A program made the position numbers and the translations under genes. DNA of 64,000 nt from Octopus sinensis. Its lineage: Eukaryota. Location of the stretch: the NCBI RefSeq assembly GCF_006345805.1, contig NC_043001.1, positions 17,174,001 through 17,238,000 on the forward strand, read 5' to 3'. Numbering within the stretch: the stretch's first letter is position 1; every line of letters begins with the position of its first letter. This document shows positions 38,923-52,474 of the stretch, in pieces. The notes under the pieces are model-generated. The model was not told the DNA's origin and did not search any database. It worked only from the letters and a program-made list of their open reading frames with translations.

Positions 38923-39216
38923 TGATCACGTGACCGACCAGACCATCAGATGTTGTTACACATCGCTGGTCACAATGCGTTCGCATTGTTTTAGCCTTCG
39001 AATGGCGCCACCCCGCTGGATAAGCGAGTAGGCCAACAGAAGAAAGAGTGAGAGAAAGTTGGAGCGAAAGAGTACAGCAGGGATCACCACCCCTTGCCGG
39101 AGTCTCGTGGAGCTTTTAGGTGTTTTCGCTCAATAAACACTCACAACGCCCAGTCTGGGAATCGAAACCGCGATCCTACGACCGCGAGTCCGCTGCCCTA
39201 ACCACTAGGCCATTGC
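38923..39216 (-). mobile_element. SINE-A, tail type 2
   Basis: As 3550-3852. Confidence 0.9.
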
Positions 39217-39250
39217 TGAAATAAAGAAGCGGTGATCAAGACTGCCCTTA

Positions 39251-40056
39251 TCTACTACATATGTGGGAAATTCTGTCTGTGGATGTGTTTGTGGAGTTGT
39301 TAGCTAACTACTCCTACATCATTTTATCGATTTTGATGAAACTTGACACGTGAGTATAACTCATGTCTGGAAACCTCAAGGCATACTCAGATTGTTACAA
39401 AAATCGATAATAGGGCCTCTTGAAGGGATCCTTATATATAGCCAAGGGAAATAACCCATTCATTTTCCTAAATGCATGCTTATTTCTTAGTATTTGAACT
39501 GTTAGTTATTTTCGCAATTTATCCAGTACAACCCTTAAACAAGTAAACAAGTAAATAGTATTTTCCTAAACAATAGATCCAAGTATTTCGGTTAGTGACT
39601 TATTCACGAATATACCAACATTAGCATCCCTAGTAATATTTTCTGGGAACGCACAAAAGCCATTTTCAGAGTTATATATTTTGAATTGTTATTATCTCAT
39701 ATATGATAAGCCTGTTATTACGTAACATGCTTCACGATTTTAACATACATAGCTTATTGTTATTTCCTCCTATGTTCTATATACTCTTTATTTTAATTTA
39801 TTTGAATTTTTACTATTGGGTAACTAATTTCATGTTATTACATAACTGACTTCACAATTTGGGTATTCATAACTTATCGGGAATTCCTAAAAACCAGATT
39901 CTATGTAAGACAGTTTGGTATTCTCTGTAAATGCACAAGAATCGTTTGATGGGCTATATACTTTGTATTGTTGTTTTTGGATTAGCAAAACAACTATGAA
40001 AACAGAACCAAGTGATAAGCCCCGCTTTCCCGGAAATTATCGGGTACGTCAGTTAG
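39251..40056 (+). mobile_element. Non-autonomous Helitron-like element
   Basis: A|TC start, ATCGATTTTGATGAAACTTG core, CCCG-GAAATTAT-CGGG hairpin and TTAG|T end. Confidence 0.6.
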
Positions 40057-40064
40057 TATATATA

Positions 40065-40150
<86 letters not shown>

Positions 40151-40153
<3 letters not shown>

Positions 40154-41380
40154 CAAAATAAGAAAATGGAGGAGGAATAGATTTTAATCAGTCATCAACT
40201 ACTAGATAATACCAATTCATAAAATTTAGTAACTAATTATATAGGAACATCCATGTCAAACGGAATAATACAGAATAAAACAGTACACATTAATGAGTAA
40301 GATAATACCATAAGAACAATACATATAGATAAATATAAATATAAATATAAAATGGATCTTACACCTGTTTCAGCCATGTAGATAAGAGTATCTCATTATG
40401 CTCATATTAACCAGATGTATTAAGGTAATATGCGGTTTATATATGTATTTGTTGAGCTATACTGTATTGTATTATATTATTATATTATTATATTATGCTG
40501 TTGCTGTATTTTATGTGATATTTTCCATCTACTATGTATTGTGAATGGCGGAATGCACATATTATTTTACTGGTATTATTATTAATAATAATAGTAATAT
40601 TAATAGCCTTTTATAACGTAATGCAATGAACTCTGGACTTAGTATATGTACACTTTCATGCGGATATGTGTATGTATGTATATTCTAATATATTGATTTG
40701 ACTAACTGTAACCTTATATGTATGTATATCATTATGTATATACTTATATATATGTATATGCAGGTATATACACTAATATGTATGTGTATATATGTATATG
40801 TACTTATTCTTGTATATGTGTACCTTCTCTAATATTCATATTTGCACTTTATACCTTCATTTTATACCTCTGTAACTATACTTTATAATCTCTGAAGGGG
40901 CCTCGGGATATATATATAAGTATCTCATTTATAACCGCATATTACCTTAATACATCTGGCTAATATGAGCATAATCCACATGGCTGAAACAGCTGTAAGA
41001 TCCATTTTATATTTATATCTATATTCATAATTATCTATATGTATTGTTCTTATGGTATTATCTTACTCATTGATGTGTACTGTTTTATTCTGCATTATTC
41101 TGTTTGACCTAGATGTTCCTAAATAATTAGTTAATAAATTATATGAATTGGTATTATCTAGTAGTTGATGATTGATTAAAATCTATTCCTCCATTTTCTT
41201 ATTTTGTATTATGAATTTGAGGTAAAGCATTTTACCTTCGCCCATATAATACAATAAATGAATTAATTGCATTGCAATTCTTAGCATTTATTTATTAGCA
41301 TTTCTGGGTACTTTACTGGCAGTATATTGGATAAATGTTATCCCATAGCGGCTTACACTCACAACCCCTATCTCACTTTG

Positions 41381-41390
<10 letters not shown>
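40151..41390. mobile_element. Penelope-like inverted terminal-repeat structure
   Basis: Arms 40151-40442 and 40929-41209 are reverse complements; hammerhead motif present. Confidence 0.75.
40888..41001 (+). ncRNA. Decayed minimal hammerhead ribozyme
   Basis: ATCT-CTGAAGG-GGCC-(79 nt)-GGCT-GAAAC-AGCT-GTA-AGAT; A9>G and a G.U closing pair in stem II. Confidence 0.7.
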
Positions 41391-41427
<37 letters not shown>

Positions 41428-41430
<3 letters not shown>

Positions 41431-41570
41431 TGTGGGCCTCATGGCAAGATCACATACAAATAATGACTTACATTATTTTTTTGACTCATAAGCATTTTGT
41501 GTCAGGGTCTATACACTTTCAAGTACAGAATTCCTTACTTTTAATGGAGATATGTCCTCAATCTCTCTCT
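41428..41570 (+). repeat. Repeat whose inverted partner lies at about 44465-44605
   Basis: GTGTGGGCCTCATGGCAAGATC...TTTTAATGGAGATATGTCCTCAATCTCT and its reverse complement. Confidence 0.8.
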
Positions 41571-41602
41571 CTCTCTCTCTCTTCCTTCCATTTTCTTATT
41601 GC

Positions 41603-41685
<83 letters not shown>

Positions 41686-42193
41686 CTTGACCATAGCTAT
41701 ATATAGTCATATATATATATATACTTGACCATAGCTCACAGCAACATACCTACATACCTGAACAGCTTAGGCAATAGAGAAAATGTCATTAGATTTGTAA
41801 TGTTGATAGACTATCAACTCAATGGTATTTCATGAATAGCTAATTTGATTGCTGGCAAGGGAACAGCAGTTCGTTTTGTAGCCGTAATATATTATTACAT
41901 ATGTCATAGGTTTGTAAGTCAAAACTTGCCTATCGTGTTAACAGTGATTTAATTTCATTTTTAAGGTTATCCCTAGAGATTTTCTATAGAATTCAGAGCC
42001 GCCATTGTAAGTTAACGATGTTTTATAAAGAACAAAATACGTATATCAAACCAATGCGATTGATGATAGAAAAAAAAAAACTAGGTGAAGGCTGTATATG
42101 CATATTTTAGTGATCTTTGAACTGCGCACATACATCCATTACGTACTTTTCTATATTTGGTCGCATTATTGCTTACGTTGATGTACTTGTTTG

Positions 42194-42577
42194 GTGGAGG
42201 CGCAATGGCCCAGTGGTTAGGGGAGCGGACTCGCGGTTGTAGGATCGCGGTTTCGATTCCCAGACCAGGCGTTGTGAGTGTTTATTGAGCGAAAACACCT
42301 AAAGCTCCACGAGGCTCCGGCAGGGGATGGTGGTGATCCCTGCTGTACTCTTTCGCCACAACTTTCTCTCACTCTTACTTCCTGTTTCTGTTGTACCTGT
42401 ATTTCAAAGGGCCGGCCTTGTCACTCTCTGTGTCACGCTGAATATCCCCGAGAACTGCGTTAAGAGTACACGTGTCTGTGGAGTGCTCAGCCACTTACAC
42501 GATAATTTCACGAGCAGGCTGTTCCGTTGATCGGATCAACCGGAACCCTCGTCGTCGTAACCGACGGAGAGCTTCCA
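42194..42577 (+). mobile_element. SINE-A type 1
   Basis: Full head and tail. Confidence 0.93.
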
Positions 42578-42663
42578 CAGATGAATTTGTTTACGAAACG
42601 CCGTATCTTACAGCACTGGCTCTGAAATCTAAAGTAAATTTATAAAATTTATAAAAATTTATA

Positions 42664-42762
42664 GGAGTAACTTGCTTACGAACCACGTTGTTCCGAGTTT
42701 AGTCCCACTGCGTGGCACCTTGTGATTGGATTTGGTAGACAGAAACTGAAAGAAGCCCGTCG

Positions 42763-42802
<40 letters not shown>

Positions 42803-43047
42803 GATGTATGTATGTATGGATGGATGGATGGATGTGTGTGTGTGTGTGTATTTGTGTTTCTGTGTTTGTCCCCACCAACATCGCTTCACAACCGATGCCG
42901 GTGTGTTTACGTCCCCGTAATTTAGCGGTTCGGCAAAATAGACCGATAGAATAAGTACTAGGCTTACAAAGAATAAGTCCCGGGGTCGATTTGCTCGACA
43001 AAAGGCGGTGCTCCAGCATGGCCACAGCCAAATGACTGAAACAAGTA
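42664..43047 (+). mobile_element. SINE-B with head deletions
   Basis: Internal microsatellite and GAGTAAAA tail. Confidence 0.88.
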
Positions 43048-43414
43048 AAAGAGTAAAAGAGTAAAGATAATCGTGGACAGCAAGGACGAGGATAGGTTTG
43101 AAGCTATTGTGGTTATTAAATTATGTTTAAATAATTTTGTGTGCTTCTAAGCTATCAACGCATGGCTTATTGAATATTATGTTACGCTTCACATACCATA
43201 AAATGTATTTAGTAAAGTCGAGACAACATTATACTTCGCAGTGGATTTGGGTATGGCCTAATGATTAATGTTACCTTCATAATCATGAAATCCCTGAGCT
43301 TATCCTCTTACGTAGCTTATTCTCTTCTTTTCTTTTATCCTCGTATCTATCCAAGTCTTGTGACTGAAATAGGATAGATAGAAATAGAAACTGAGTTCGA
43401 ATCCGCCATAGTAT

Positions 43415-43832
43415 GTATTTCTTTATTGCCCTCAAGGGGCTAAACATAGAGGGGACAAACAAGGACAGACAAACGGATTAAGCCGATTACATCGACACCA
43501 GTGCGAAACTGGTATTTTATTTATCGACCCCGAAAGGAGGAAAGGCTAAGTCGACCTCGGCAGAATTTCAACTCAGAACGTAACGACAGACGAAATACCT
43601 ATTTCTTTATTACCCACAAGGGGCTAAACACAGAGAGAACAAACAAGGACAGACAAACAGATTAAGTCGATTATATCGACCCCAGTGCGTAAATGGTACT
43701 TATTTAATCGACCCCGAAAGGATGAAAGGCAAAGTCGACCTCGGCGGAATTTGAACTCAGAACGTAACGACAGATGAAATACCGCTACACTTTTCGCCCG
43801 GTGTGCTAACGTTTCTGCCAGCACGCTGCCTT
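43415..43832 (-). mobile_element. SINE-C dimer within a single 15-bp TSD
   Basis: AATCCGCCATAGTAT at 43400-43414 and 43833-43847; units 43416-43599 and 43600-43783. Confidence 0.92.
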
Positions 43833-44418
43833 AATCCGCCATAGTATAAATTGTTGCTGTCATCTTGAGATCAAGCCTCGTGATGTTGTAACACGCTGAT
43901 TCGAGTCTAGTTACTTCTAAACTACGTGTGTTTGCAATGATGCTCGATCGAACAATTCAATGTTAGCCATCGAACCCGAATGAATATTCAGCACAACGCT
44001 CTCATTGTCTTTTATTTACAAAAAATAAATGGCGGGGAGGGAAACCCCTACATTTCATCGTATTGGCATCAATGTCAGTTTTTGTTGCTTTATTACAATG
44101 AGATTATATCACTCTATTTGGTTCTGTAGCAAAATATGAACCGGAACAATGCAGATTCTTTAGCGATGATATTAATGCCAATTAGTGCATCTGTGCGCAT
44201 GTGTGTGCGTGCGTGTGTGCGCGTGCGTGCGTAAAGCGGGAGTAAATTGAATGAAATATTATATCAAGAAGAAGCAAAACATGCATGTCATGTAACCGTA
44301 TCGACGACTCGGTTTCAAGGTCACATTTACTTTCAAATCTCATGTTACCGCATTTACACCACTGACTTCCTTAAGGGGTGAGTGAAAGAAAGCGAGAGAG
44401 AGAGACAGACAGACAGAC

Positions 44419-44449
<31 letters not shown>

Positions 44450-44737
44450 AAGAATGAGAGAAAGAGAGATTGAGGACATATCTCCATTAAAAGTAAGGAA
44501 CTCTGTACTTGAAAGTGCATAGGCCTGACACGAAATGCTTGAACGTCAAAAAATAATCTAAGTCATTAATGGTATGCGATCTTGCCATGAGGCCCACACA
44601 TTTTCAGGGAGATATGTAATGGACTAGATCAACCTTTTGTTCTTGATTAGTGTTTGTTTCATTAACTCAAACAAATTTGATGCCAGAAACTAAAAGAGGT
44701 GTTTGAATGTATGTGAGATCTTCAGTTATTAAACATA

Positions 44738-45301
44738 TTGTGTTGTCCGGAAAGTTCGTGCCGATTTATAGTAGCTTACCTTTCGACTTATTTTAGGACA
44801 TGGTTGAGTCCATAAAATAGGATTTGATTACACCTCCAATTAGAGCACAGTTTAAGTTATCTTTTCGTGGAAGAAGGTCTATGTTCCTGTAATCTGTGCT
44901 AATTCTATAACCCTTTAAAATGGAAGATAAGAAAGTTCATTTTCGGCACTTGATGCTTTGGGAACCAGACAAAAATTCCTGCAGCTCGGCTGGGATGTGT
45001 TACCCCACCCTCCATATTCACCAGATATTGCTCCTTCGGATTTCCACCTATTCAGGTCTCTGCAGAATAGTCTTAATGGTAAAAATTTCAATTTCTTGGA
45101 TGACGTAAAAAGATACCTTGATGAATTCTTTGCCATGAAACCACCTCAATTCTGGGAAGGGTATTTTCAAGTTAAAGGAAAGATGGAGACGCATTGTGCA
45201 ACAAAATGGTTCATATTTGGTTAAATAACAATGTAATTGCAAGTATTTATTGACCTTTTTCTTTCCTTTAAAAATCGGCACGAACTTTCCGGACAACCCA
45301 A
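44738..45301 (+). mobile_element. Internally deleted mariner with intact TIRs, TA-flanked
   Basis: TTGTGTTGTCCGGAAAGTTCGTGCCGATTT / AAATCGGCACGAACTTTCCGGACAACCCAA; MEDKKVHFRHLM fused to HPPYSPDIAPSDFHLF. Confidence 0.93.
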
Positions 45302-46000
45302 TATTTCCTGGCGCCATCGTGTCAAACGACCGCCGGCGATTTCCTCATTAAGCTCAAAATGCTTCTCATGGTAATATATTAGATCTCACGTGCATCGTGA
45401 CTGACATACCTCAGACCGTGATATTACGTGATCACGTGACTAACCACATCGCTGATCTCAATTTGCTTTTGCATTGTTTTAACCTTCAAATGACGCCACC
45501 TCGCTGGCTTGGTGAGCAAGCCACAGACCTTAATATATGTCTAATATACCCACAACAAAATATATTTCTTTATTAGCCACACAGAAGGGACAAATTACAA
45601 AGTAGAGCTTTTCTTTTTGGGGAGAAAAAAAGGGGTAGGCTTTCGATCAAAAGGGATCGTAAAAAAAGAAAATGTCATGATGTAAAGTGTAAAGGGGGAA
45701 ACATATAAGGTTTATCCGTGGAAAGAAATGCCTACGGAAAATACCACTGTAACCTCGGTCAATAATATCACATTTTAACACATTTATTTGCAAGTAAGTA
45801 ACTCTCTGTTTTAAATTTTTCCGGGTTCATATCCAGAACAAAATAAAACCATATCTAAAAGCACAAAACAAAAGCACATCGTGCTATAAGCTAATCAGCA
45901 CACATCCAAAAACCAGCTACAAGACACCGTCCCGCCGGTTGCAGCTAATCCTCACAAGAAAAAGAGGGGAAGTGTGTATGTGTGAATGTGCGCGTGCGTA

Positions 46001-46042
<42 letters not shown>

Positions 46043-47393
46043 CAAAAGAGAGAGAAGGAGAGAGGGAAATGAAGAACCGGTCTCAGTATTTGACCTTTAT
46101 TCTATACACCGGTCACATTTAGCATTGTTTTTCGTTCAATTCCTCGTAAAGAAGGAGTTTCGTACTGTCTGACCAACAGGCCAAAACAACAATACAGTGG
46201 ATTTTTTTCTTTTATGACTAGCCATTTTTATGATCACCTTTACACCTTAACTTGCAGCACGTTTTGCCTGTTGGTACATCGAATGTTAACGGCCCATCCT
46301 CCATATTGCCTGTTCGGTCTATTTCAGAACTCGTTTCCTTATTTCCATTAAATGCATAGTTTACGAAATTCTAAGAATTTCTCTTTGTATTCTCCAAACA
46401 TCTTCTGAGAAATCAAGGTCTTTATTATCATACTTAATCTCTTCGTGCCTAATCTCTTCATGAAATAGCAAAACAGATTGAAACCCATCTGACTCATCTG
46501 TTGGTAAATATTTCCCTTCTCTACATATCTGCGTATCTCACACACCATCATTCTCACTGAGCGGTACAATCCAAACCTCATTGATTATATAGCCATGATT
46601 TTATAGTTCTTTTCAGTTATGGGAATTTTGATTCTTTATAACAAATTCCATGTTTGTTTTTCCTTTCCGTTTTCTTAAATGCCTTCTCCTGTTTTTTCCA
46701 TTCACAAATCATTTTTATTTCTTTTCATTAAATGGTGGCCCATACTTACGCTCATCTACTTGGCTGTCAAGTTGTTATTTTTTTAAAATCAACAACATGT
46801 AAACTGTGTATGCCTGTCGTTTTTTTGCCTGGTTGCTATTATGTAATGCCGCAAAGCGATATCAGCTGAGTGATTAAACTGACAAATGACAGATGGCATC
46901 TGCTTTGGTTGTATTTTAGCCTCCCGCAAAAGCCGAATAAGATATTTACTGTCACCGATTTACTATGTACCAAACAAAGAAAATGTTGTTTAACAGCCGG
47001 ATATGGAAACCCTTTTAAGCTTCTTGCTAACCACACTAAACACATTATCAAAGAGTAATAAATAATGTAATACTATTAAAAAGAAATTGATAATGACCCG
47101 AGTCCGAGAAAGGCGGCTCTGCAATTTCTTCTTGAATAACCTGCATATACAAAATGATACGTTTATATATATTTCTTTATTGCCCCCAAGGGGCTAAACA
47201 TATAGGGGACAAACAAAGACAGACAAAGGGATTAAGTCGATTACATCGACCCCAGTGCTTAACTGGTACTTTATTTATCGACCCCGAAAGGATGAAAGGC
47301 AAAGTCGACCTCAAATGGTCGTACTGCCCATTAGCTCACTCCCTTGTACCAAATCGACATTGCCTGCACAGGTACACACTCAGGTGTGACACA

Positions 47394-47625
47394 AGGCGGC
47401 GAGCTGGCAGAAACGTTAGCACGCCGGGCGAAATGCATAGCCGTATTTCGTCTGCCGTTACGTTCTGAGTTCAAATTCCGCCGAGGTCGACTTTGCCTTT
47501 CATCCTTTCGGGGTCGATAAATTAAGTACCAGTTACGCACTGGGGTCGATGTAATCGATTTATTCCGTTTGTCTGTCCTTGTTTGTTCCCTCTGTGTTTG
47601 GCCCCTTGTGGGTGGTAAAGAAATA
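47394..47625 (+). mobile_element. SINE-C monomer with 11-bp TSD
   Basis: GGTGTGACACA at 47383-47393 and 47626-47636; a truncated minus copy lies at about 47170-47312. Confidence 0.92.
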
Positions 47626-48220
47626 GGTGTGACACATGTCAACTGTCGAAGTGATCGCAGAGCAGCGTGACGTGAAGTGTTTTGCTCAAGAACAGGACAC
47701 ACGGATCGATCTGGGAATCGAACCCACGATCATACAATAGTGAGTGCAATACTCAAACTACTAAGCCATGCACCTTCGCATGTAATCATGATATTAGGAT
47801 ATGCATTCGTATGGTATGTGAATTGAAACTGAAGAATTTTATGATTAGACTAGTATAATTTTTTTGTTTGTTTGTTAGGACTGGACCCTGTTAGGATCTT
47901 CATAAGTTAATGTTTTAGTGCCAGGACGCCGGGTGATTTGAGAGCCTTGTTTTTAGTGAGTAAAAAGCGTACTTTACCCACCAGGAAATACGTTGTATAT
48001 AAAATATTTTCAACTACATATATATTCAGGGGAAAATATTTTTGTCCACCCTCTTTGAGCTCACAATAACATCCTCTCAATTGCACTAAGTATCTTTTTG
48101 GTTTCATGAGCAGTTATTTCGGCATTGATAGTAATGCATACATATATACGCGTGTACACACACACACATGTATGTATTTATGTGTGTGTGTGTGTGTATA
48201 CATATATATATACAGATATA

Positions 48221-48256
<36 letters not shown>

Positions 48257-48261
48257 TTTAC

Positions 48262-48323
<62 letters not shown>

Positions 48324-48325
<2 letters not shown>

Positions 48326-48632
48326 AGGCGCAATGGCCCAGTGGTTAGGGCAGCGGACACGCGGTCGTAGGATCGCGGTTTCGATTCCCAGACCAGGCGT
48401 TGTGAGTGTTTACTGAGCAAAAACACCTAAAAGCTCCACGAGGCTCCGGCAGGGCGGGGGGTGATCCCTGCTGTACTCTTTCACCACTCTTTCTCCCACT
48501 CTTTCTTCTGTTGGCCTGCTCGCTTAGCCAGCGGGGTGGCGTCATTCGAAGGCTAAAAAACAATGCGAACGCATTGTGACCAGCGATGTGTAACAACATC
48601 TGATGGTCTGGTCGGTCACGGTGATCACGGTG

Positions 48633-48633
<1 letters not shown>
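48324..48633 (+). mobile_element. SINE-A, tail type 2
   Basis: As 3550-3852. Confidence 0.9.
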
Positions 48634-48665
<32 letters not shown>

Positions 48666-49473
48666 TGTATGTATGTATGTATGTATGTATGCATATGAAT
48701 GCATTAACACTGTTAGAAAACGAAAGAGATATACATTTAATGATTCTCCCAGTAAAATAGAACTGACGCATCCGGGTTTTACGTAGCAAATGATTTGTTG
48801 AAATGGGGTCATTCATTGCACAAATACGCTTTGAGTTTCTGTTATGTAATAGCTTTCCAACCGAATGTTATCAAATGTTTCGTTATCAGATCGTCATATA
48901 GCTTTAAACCAATGATTCATTAGCGACAGTAAGGAATTTGGCCGGCAGACGGAACTTATTCTATAAAATTAAATAAACAGATAGAATAGATATATGATAG
49001 AAATTCAGTGCAGTGCCAAGTTTTAGGCTAATAATAGTTTAATAATTACCGAAACAAAAACAAACAAAAAAATTACGTGCGATCCTCAAGGCTCTTAGAG
49101 ACTAAGTAACCGTTTGATCTTGCTAGAAATAGCAGCCAAATCTCCATCAAAGCCTTATCTAACATCTTACAAGAGAAATTGGGAATTATACGTTGGAGAG
49201 ATGGCGGCGGGCTGGCAGATCCGTTAGCACACCGGTCAAAATGCTCAGTGGCATGTCGTCCGTCTGCTCGATTTTGCCTTTTATCCTTTCTGAGTCGATA
49301 AAATAAGTACCAGTTTAATATTGGGGTTGATGAAATCGACTTAGCCCCTTCCCCGAAACTGATGGCCTTGTGTTGAAATTTGAAACCGATGATACATTGG
49401 AAAATGTAGAAGGAGATATCAACATTCAAATTTGATGGTCGTAGTTGGAAAGTCTTTGATCGGAGCTGATATT

Positions 49474-49733
49474 GGTTCTCGGTTTCCTTGGCGTATAGGT
49501 TCCCCACCTGGATGGGACACCGGTCCGTCGGAGGTGAGCTGCAAGATGCAGGAGGAAAGAGTGAGAGAAAGTTGTGGCGAAAGAGTCAGCAGAAGTTCGC
49601 CATTACCTTCTATCGGAGCCGCATGGAGCTTAGTTGTTTCGCTCATAAACACACGCATCGCCCGGTCTGAGATTCGAACCCGCGATCCCTCGAACGCGAG
49701 TCCGCTGCTCTAACCACTAGGCCATGTGCCTCC
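49474..49733 (-). mobile_element. SINE-A variant, tail type 4
   Basis: Matches 53656-53939. Confidence 0.85.
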
Positions 49734-49917
49734 ACAGAGCTGACATCGGGCTAAACAACTACTTAAGACGTTACGACTGACTGCTTCGTCTGCTGCTCCA
49801 AAAACAATCTGGGATATCCTATTACATAGGGGGGTGGGCTGCTGATGACTAAGCAAAAGTCGTATTGCTAAAAAATCGTCGATCTTACGGTGGGTCGATT
49901 CATTCTTTTATGAAGTA

Positions 49918-50298
49918 CTAGCAGTATCGCCCGGCGTTGCTCAGGTTTGTAAGGGAAATAACTATAAAGCATTTTTAGAGAGTTATAGCCAAAAGATAGC
50001 AAAAAAATGGAAAAAAATTATGGTAAATTTCTTTGAGAGTAAAAAAAGGTGGAGTTGCGTCCCATAGACAGTTTGCAGTTTGGGTTTCTGATTCTCGACC
50101 CATGTCGAATTATCGATTTTTTTCAGAACTGGGGGAACTTTTCAAAATTTTCGCTGCGTTAGTTTCGAATTATGACATTGGGCTATGTGTGTGTCAAGTT
50201 TCATCAGAATCGGTTGAAAGCCGTGGTCAGGGTGAGGGTACGAGAAAACAGACACACAGAAACACACACAGACAAACTGCCGTTTATATATAGAGAGA
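49918..50298 (-). mobile_element. Complete non-autonomous Helitron (381 bp)
   Basis: A|TCTCTCTATATATAAAC 5' end, CCTGAGCAACGCCGGG subterminal hairpin, CTAG|T 3' end, no TSD. Confidence 0.88.
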
Positions 50299-50384
50299 TC
50301 TTTATGTGATGCTGAGTTTCTGCCCATCTCTCACCAATAAAAAAAGCAGATGAATAGGGTATGACTTTCAGTGCCACTGCTGTG

Positions 50385-50451
50385 GCTGATATTACTACTA
50401 CTACCACTACTGCTACTACTACTACTACTACTACTACTACTGCTGCTGCTG

Positions 50452-50486
<35 letters not shown>

Positions 50487-50587
50487 GCTGCTGCTTCTGC
50501 TGATACTAGTACCACTACTACTACTGCTACTACTACTACTACTACTGCTGCTGCTGCTGATACTACTACTACTACTGCTGTTGCTGA

Positions 50588-50618
<31 letters not shown>

Positions 50619-50629
50619 GCTGCTGCTGT

Positions 50630-50668
<39 letters not shown>

Positions 50669-50675
50669 CACTCAC
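50385..50675. repeat. Compound (ACT)n/(GCT)n trinucleotide repeat
   Basis: Direct reading. Confidence 0.95.
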
Positions 50676-50727
50676 CATCATGACGCCATTACTGCTTGTA
50701 TTCACTAATTTATGTGTGTATGTAATA

Positions 50728-50945
50728 AGAGGTACTGGAAAGTTCTTGGCTTTAAGAATGTCACGAGAGTCCTGGCTGGAGAACAATTTTCCGAGATTTT
50801 TTTGTTTTTTTCCAAGGCTCAGAAAAACTGGAGGACCGTTGGCTGCAGTAAGTACGTGAATCTGAGAGCGAAATATGTTCAATAAAATCATAATTAACTG
50901 ATGTTTCTGTATTTTCTTTTATCCAAAGCCAGGAACTTTTGTGGA
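50728..50945 (+). mobile_element. Mariner-derived MITE relic
   Basis: GAGGTACTGGAAAGTTCTTGGCTTT / AAAGCCAGGAACTTT inverted ends; internal EKLEDRW resembles the mariner C-terminus. Confidence 0.65.
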
Positions 50946-50984
50946 TGTATGTGCATACGAAAGAATATATATATGAGTGTGTGT

Positions 50985-51371
50985 GGAGGCGCAATGGCCC
51001 AGTGGTTAGGGCAGCGGACTCGCGGTCATAGGATCGCGGTTTCGATTCCCAGACCGGGCGTTGTGAGTTTTTATTGAGCGAAAACACCTAAAAGCTCCAC
51101 GAGGCTCCGGCAGGGGATGGTGGTGATCCCTGCTGTACTCTTTCACCACAACTTTCTCTCACTCTTACTTCCTGTTTCTGTTGTACCTGTATTTCAAGGG
51201 GCCGGCCTTGTCACTCTCTGTGTCACGCTGAATATTCCCGAGAACTAAGTTAAGGGTACACGTGTCTGTGGAGTGCTCAGCCACTTACACGTTAATTTCA
51301 CGAGCAGGCTGTTCCGTTGATTCGGATCAACCGGAACCCTCATCGTCGTAACCGACGGAGTGCTTCCATCC
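50985..51371 (+). mobile_element. SINE-A type 1 with 14-bp TSD
   Basis: ATATGAGTGTGTGT at 50971-50984 and 51372-51385. Confidence 0.95.
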
Positions 51372-51724
51372 ATATGAGTGTGTGTATATGTGTGTGTAAG
51401 CATGTATGTACATCTAGGTGTAGATTTTGTAAAAACCCCACCAAAACCCTGACAAAAATAGAATTATATTAACAGAACTCTGATACCAAAAGGGAATAAT
51501 TAGTAAAGTAACTCATTCTCAGAGACCCATTATTTTATATACAAAAAGATTTCTGGTCATTGAAAGAAAAACTGCCACGAAATGATCCGTAATTATTAAT
51601 TCATTAAAGTTTTAAAAATGTAATTTTTATTCATTCTTTTCATATCTATCTGTCTGTCTTTCTGTCTGCCTTTCTGTATATTTACCTGTATGCATATATG
51701 TGTGTGTGGTTGTGTGTGTGCGTA

Positions 51725-52262
51725 TGATGGCTTTCCCCTCGTTATCGAGTATGGCCATTGCACGAAGCTTAATCAATGTTGTTATCGTGCAATGCCTGTG
51801 CCAGAAGATTTTTTTTAAAGTGAGGAAATGCTGTGCACTGAGTCAATCCCACTTACTAAGCAACAGCAGCCATAATCCGAAAAGAAGAACAAGTCAACAT
51901 CATCGGTAACCACTGAGCCGCAGGTTTTACGTCGGAGTTATCCCAGTTACCTGAGTTACCTTCTCCTAGAAGGATGCCCTAACAAAGGCTAGGAGTCCTT
52001 CACTCCTAATGGTTTAACCGCGCGATCGAGTATTCAATCCGATTATTTCTATGTCCCCGCGCATGATACAGCCTTAAGACATTTATTAGATGGTCGTTGA
52101 CTCTCAAGAGTTCCTCCGCCTTTTGACGGGTTTTGTTTTTCATCCCGCAGGTTGTCCAATAAACACCTTCCTAACCAAGCAAGCTTGGTGGGGTTGCCGG
52201 TTTAGTCGCCGACGACCCGACCATGCAACAGGTTGTACTGGGTTACATATTACCAGTAGCAC
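51725..52262 (-). mobile_element. Longest copy of the RTE-derived non-autonomous element
   Basis: Collinear with 19305-19719; shares its 3' end with 20147. Confidence 0.8.
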
Positions 52263-52298
52263 TGGTGTGCGTATGCTTACATATACACTCATACACAG

Positions 52299-52334
<36 letters not shown>

Positions 52335-52474
52335 ACATGCATACATACACTTGCGCGTGCACACACATACACACACACAGAGGCAGATATAGGCAAGAAC
52401 AGATATGAATGTTTATGCTGTTGTATTTATACTTCATATCAGTTCCTGACCATCCCATATTTTTTTCTCCATAG

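Noticed and set aside
50204-50891. Mucin-like poly-Thr/Ala, poly-Ser, poly-Leu and poly-Val ORFs
   Set aside because: A trinucleotide array is open in most frames; there is no unique coding flank or splice context.
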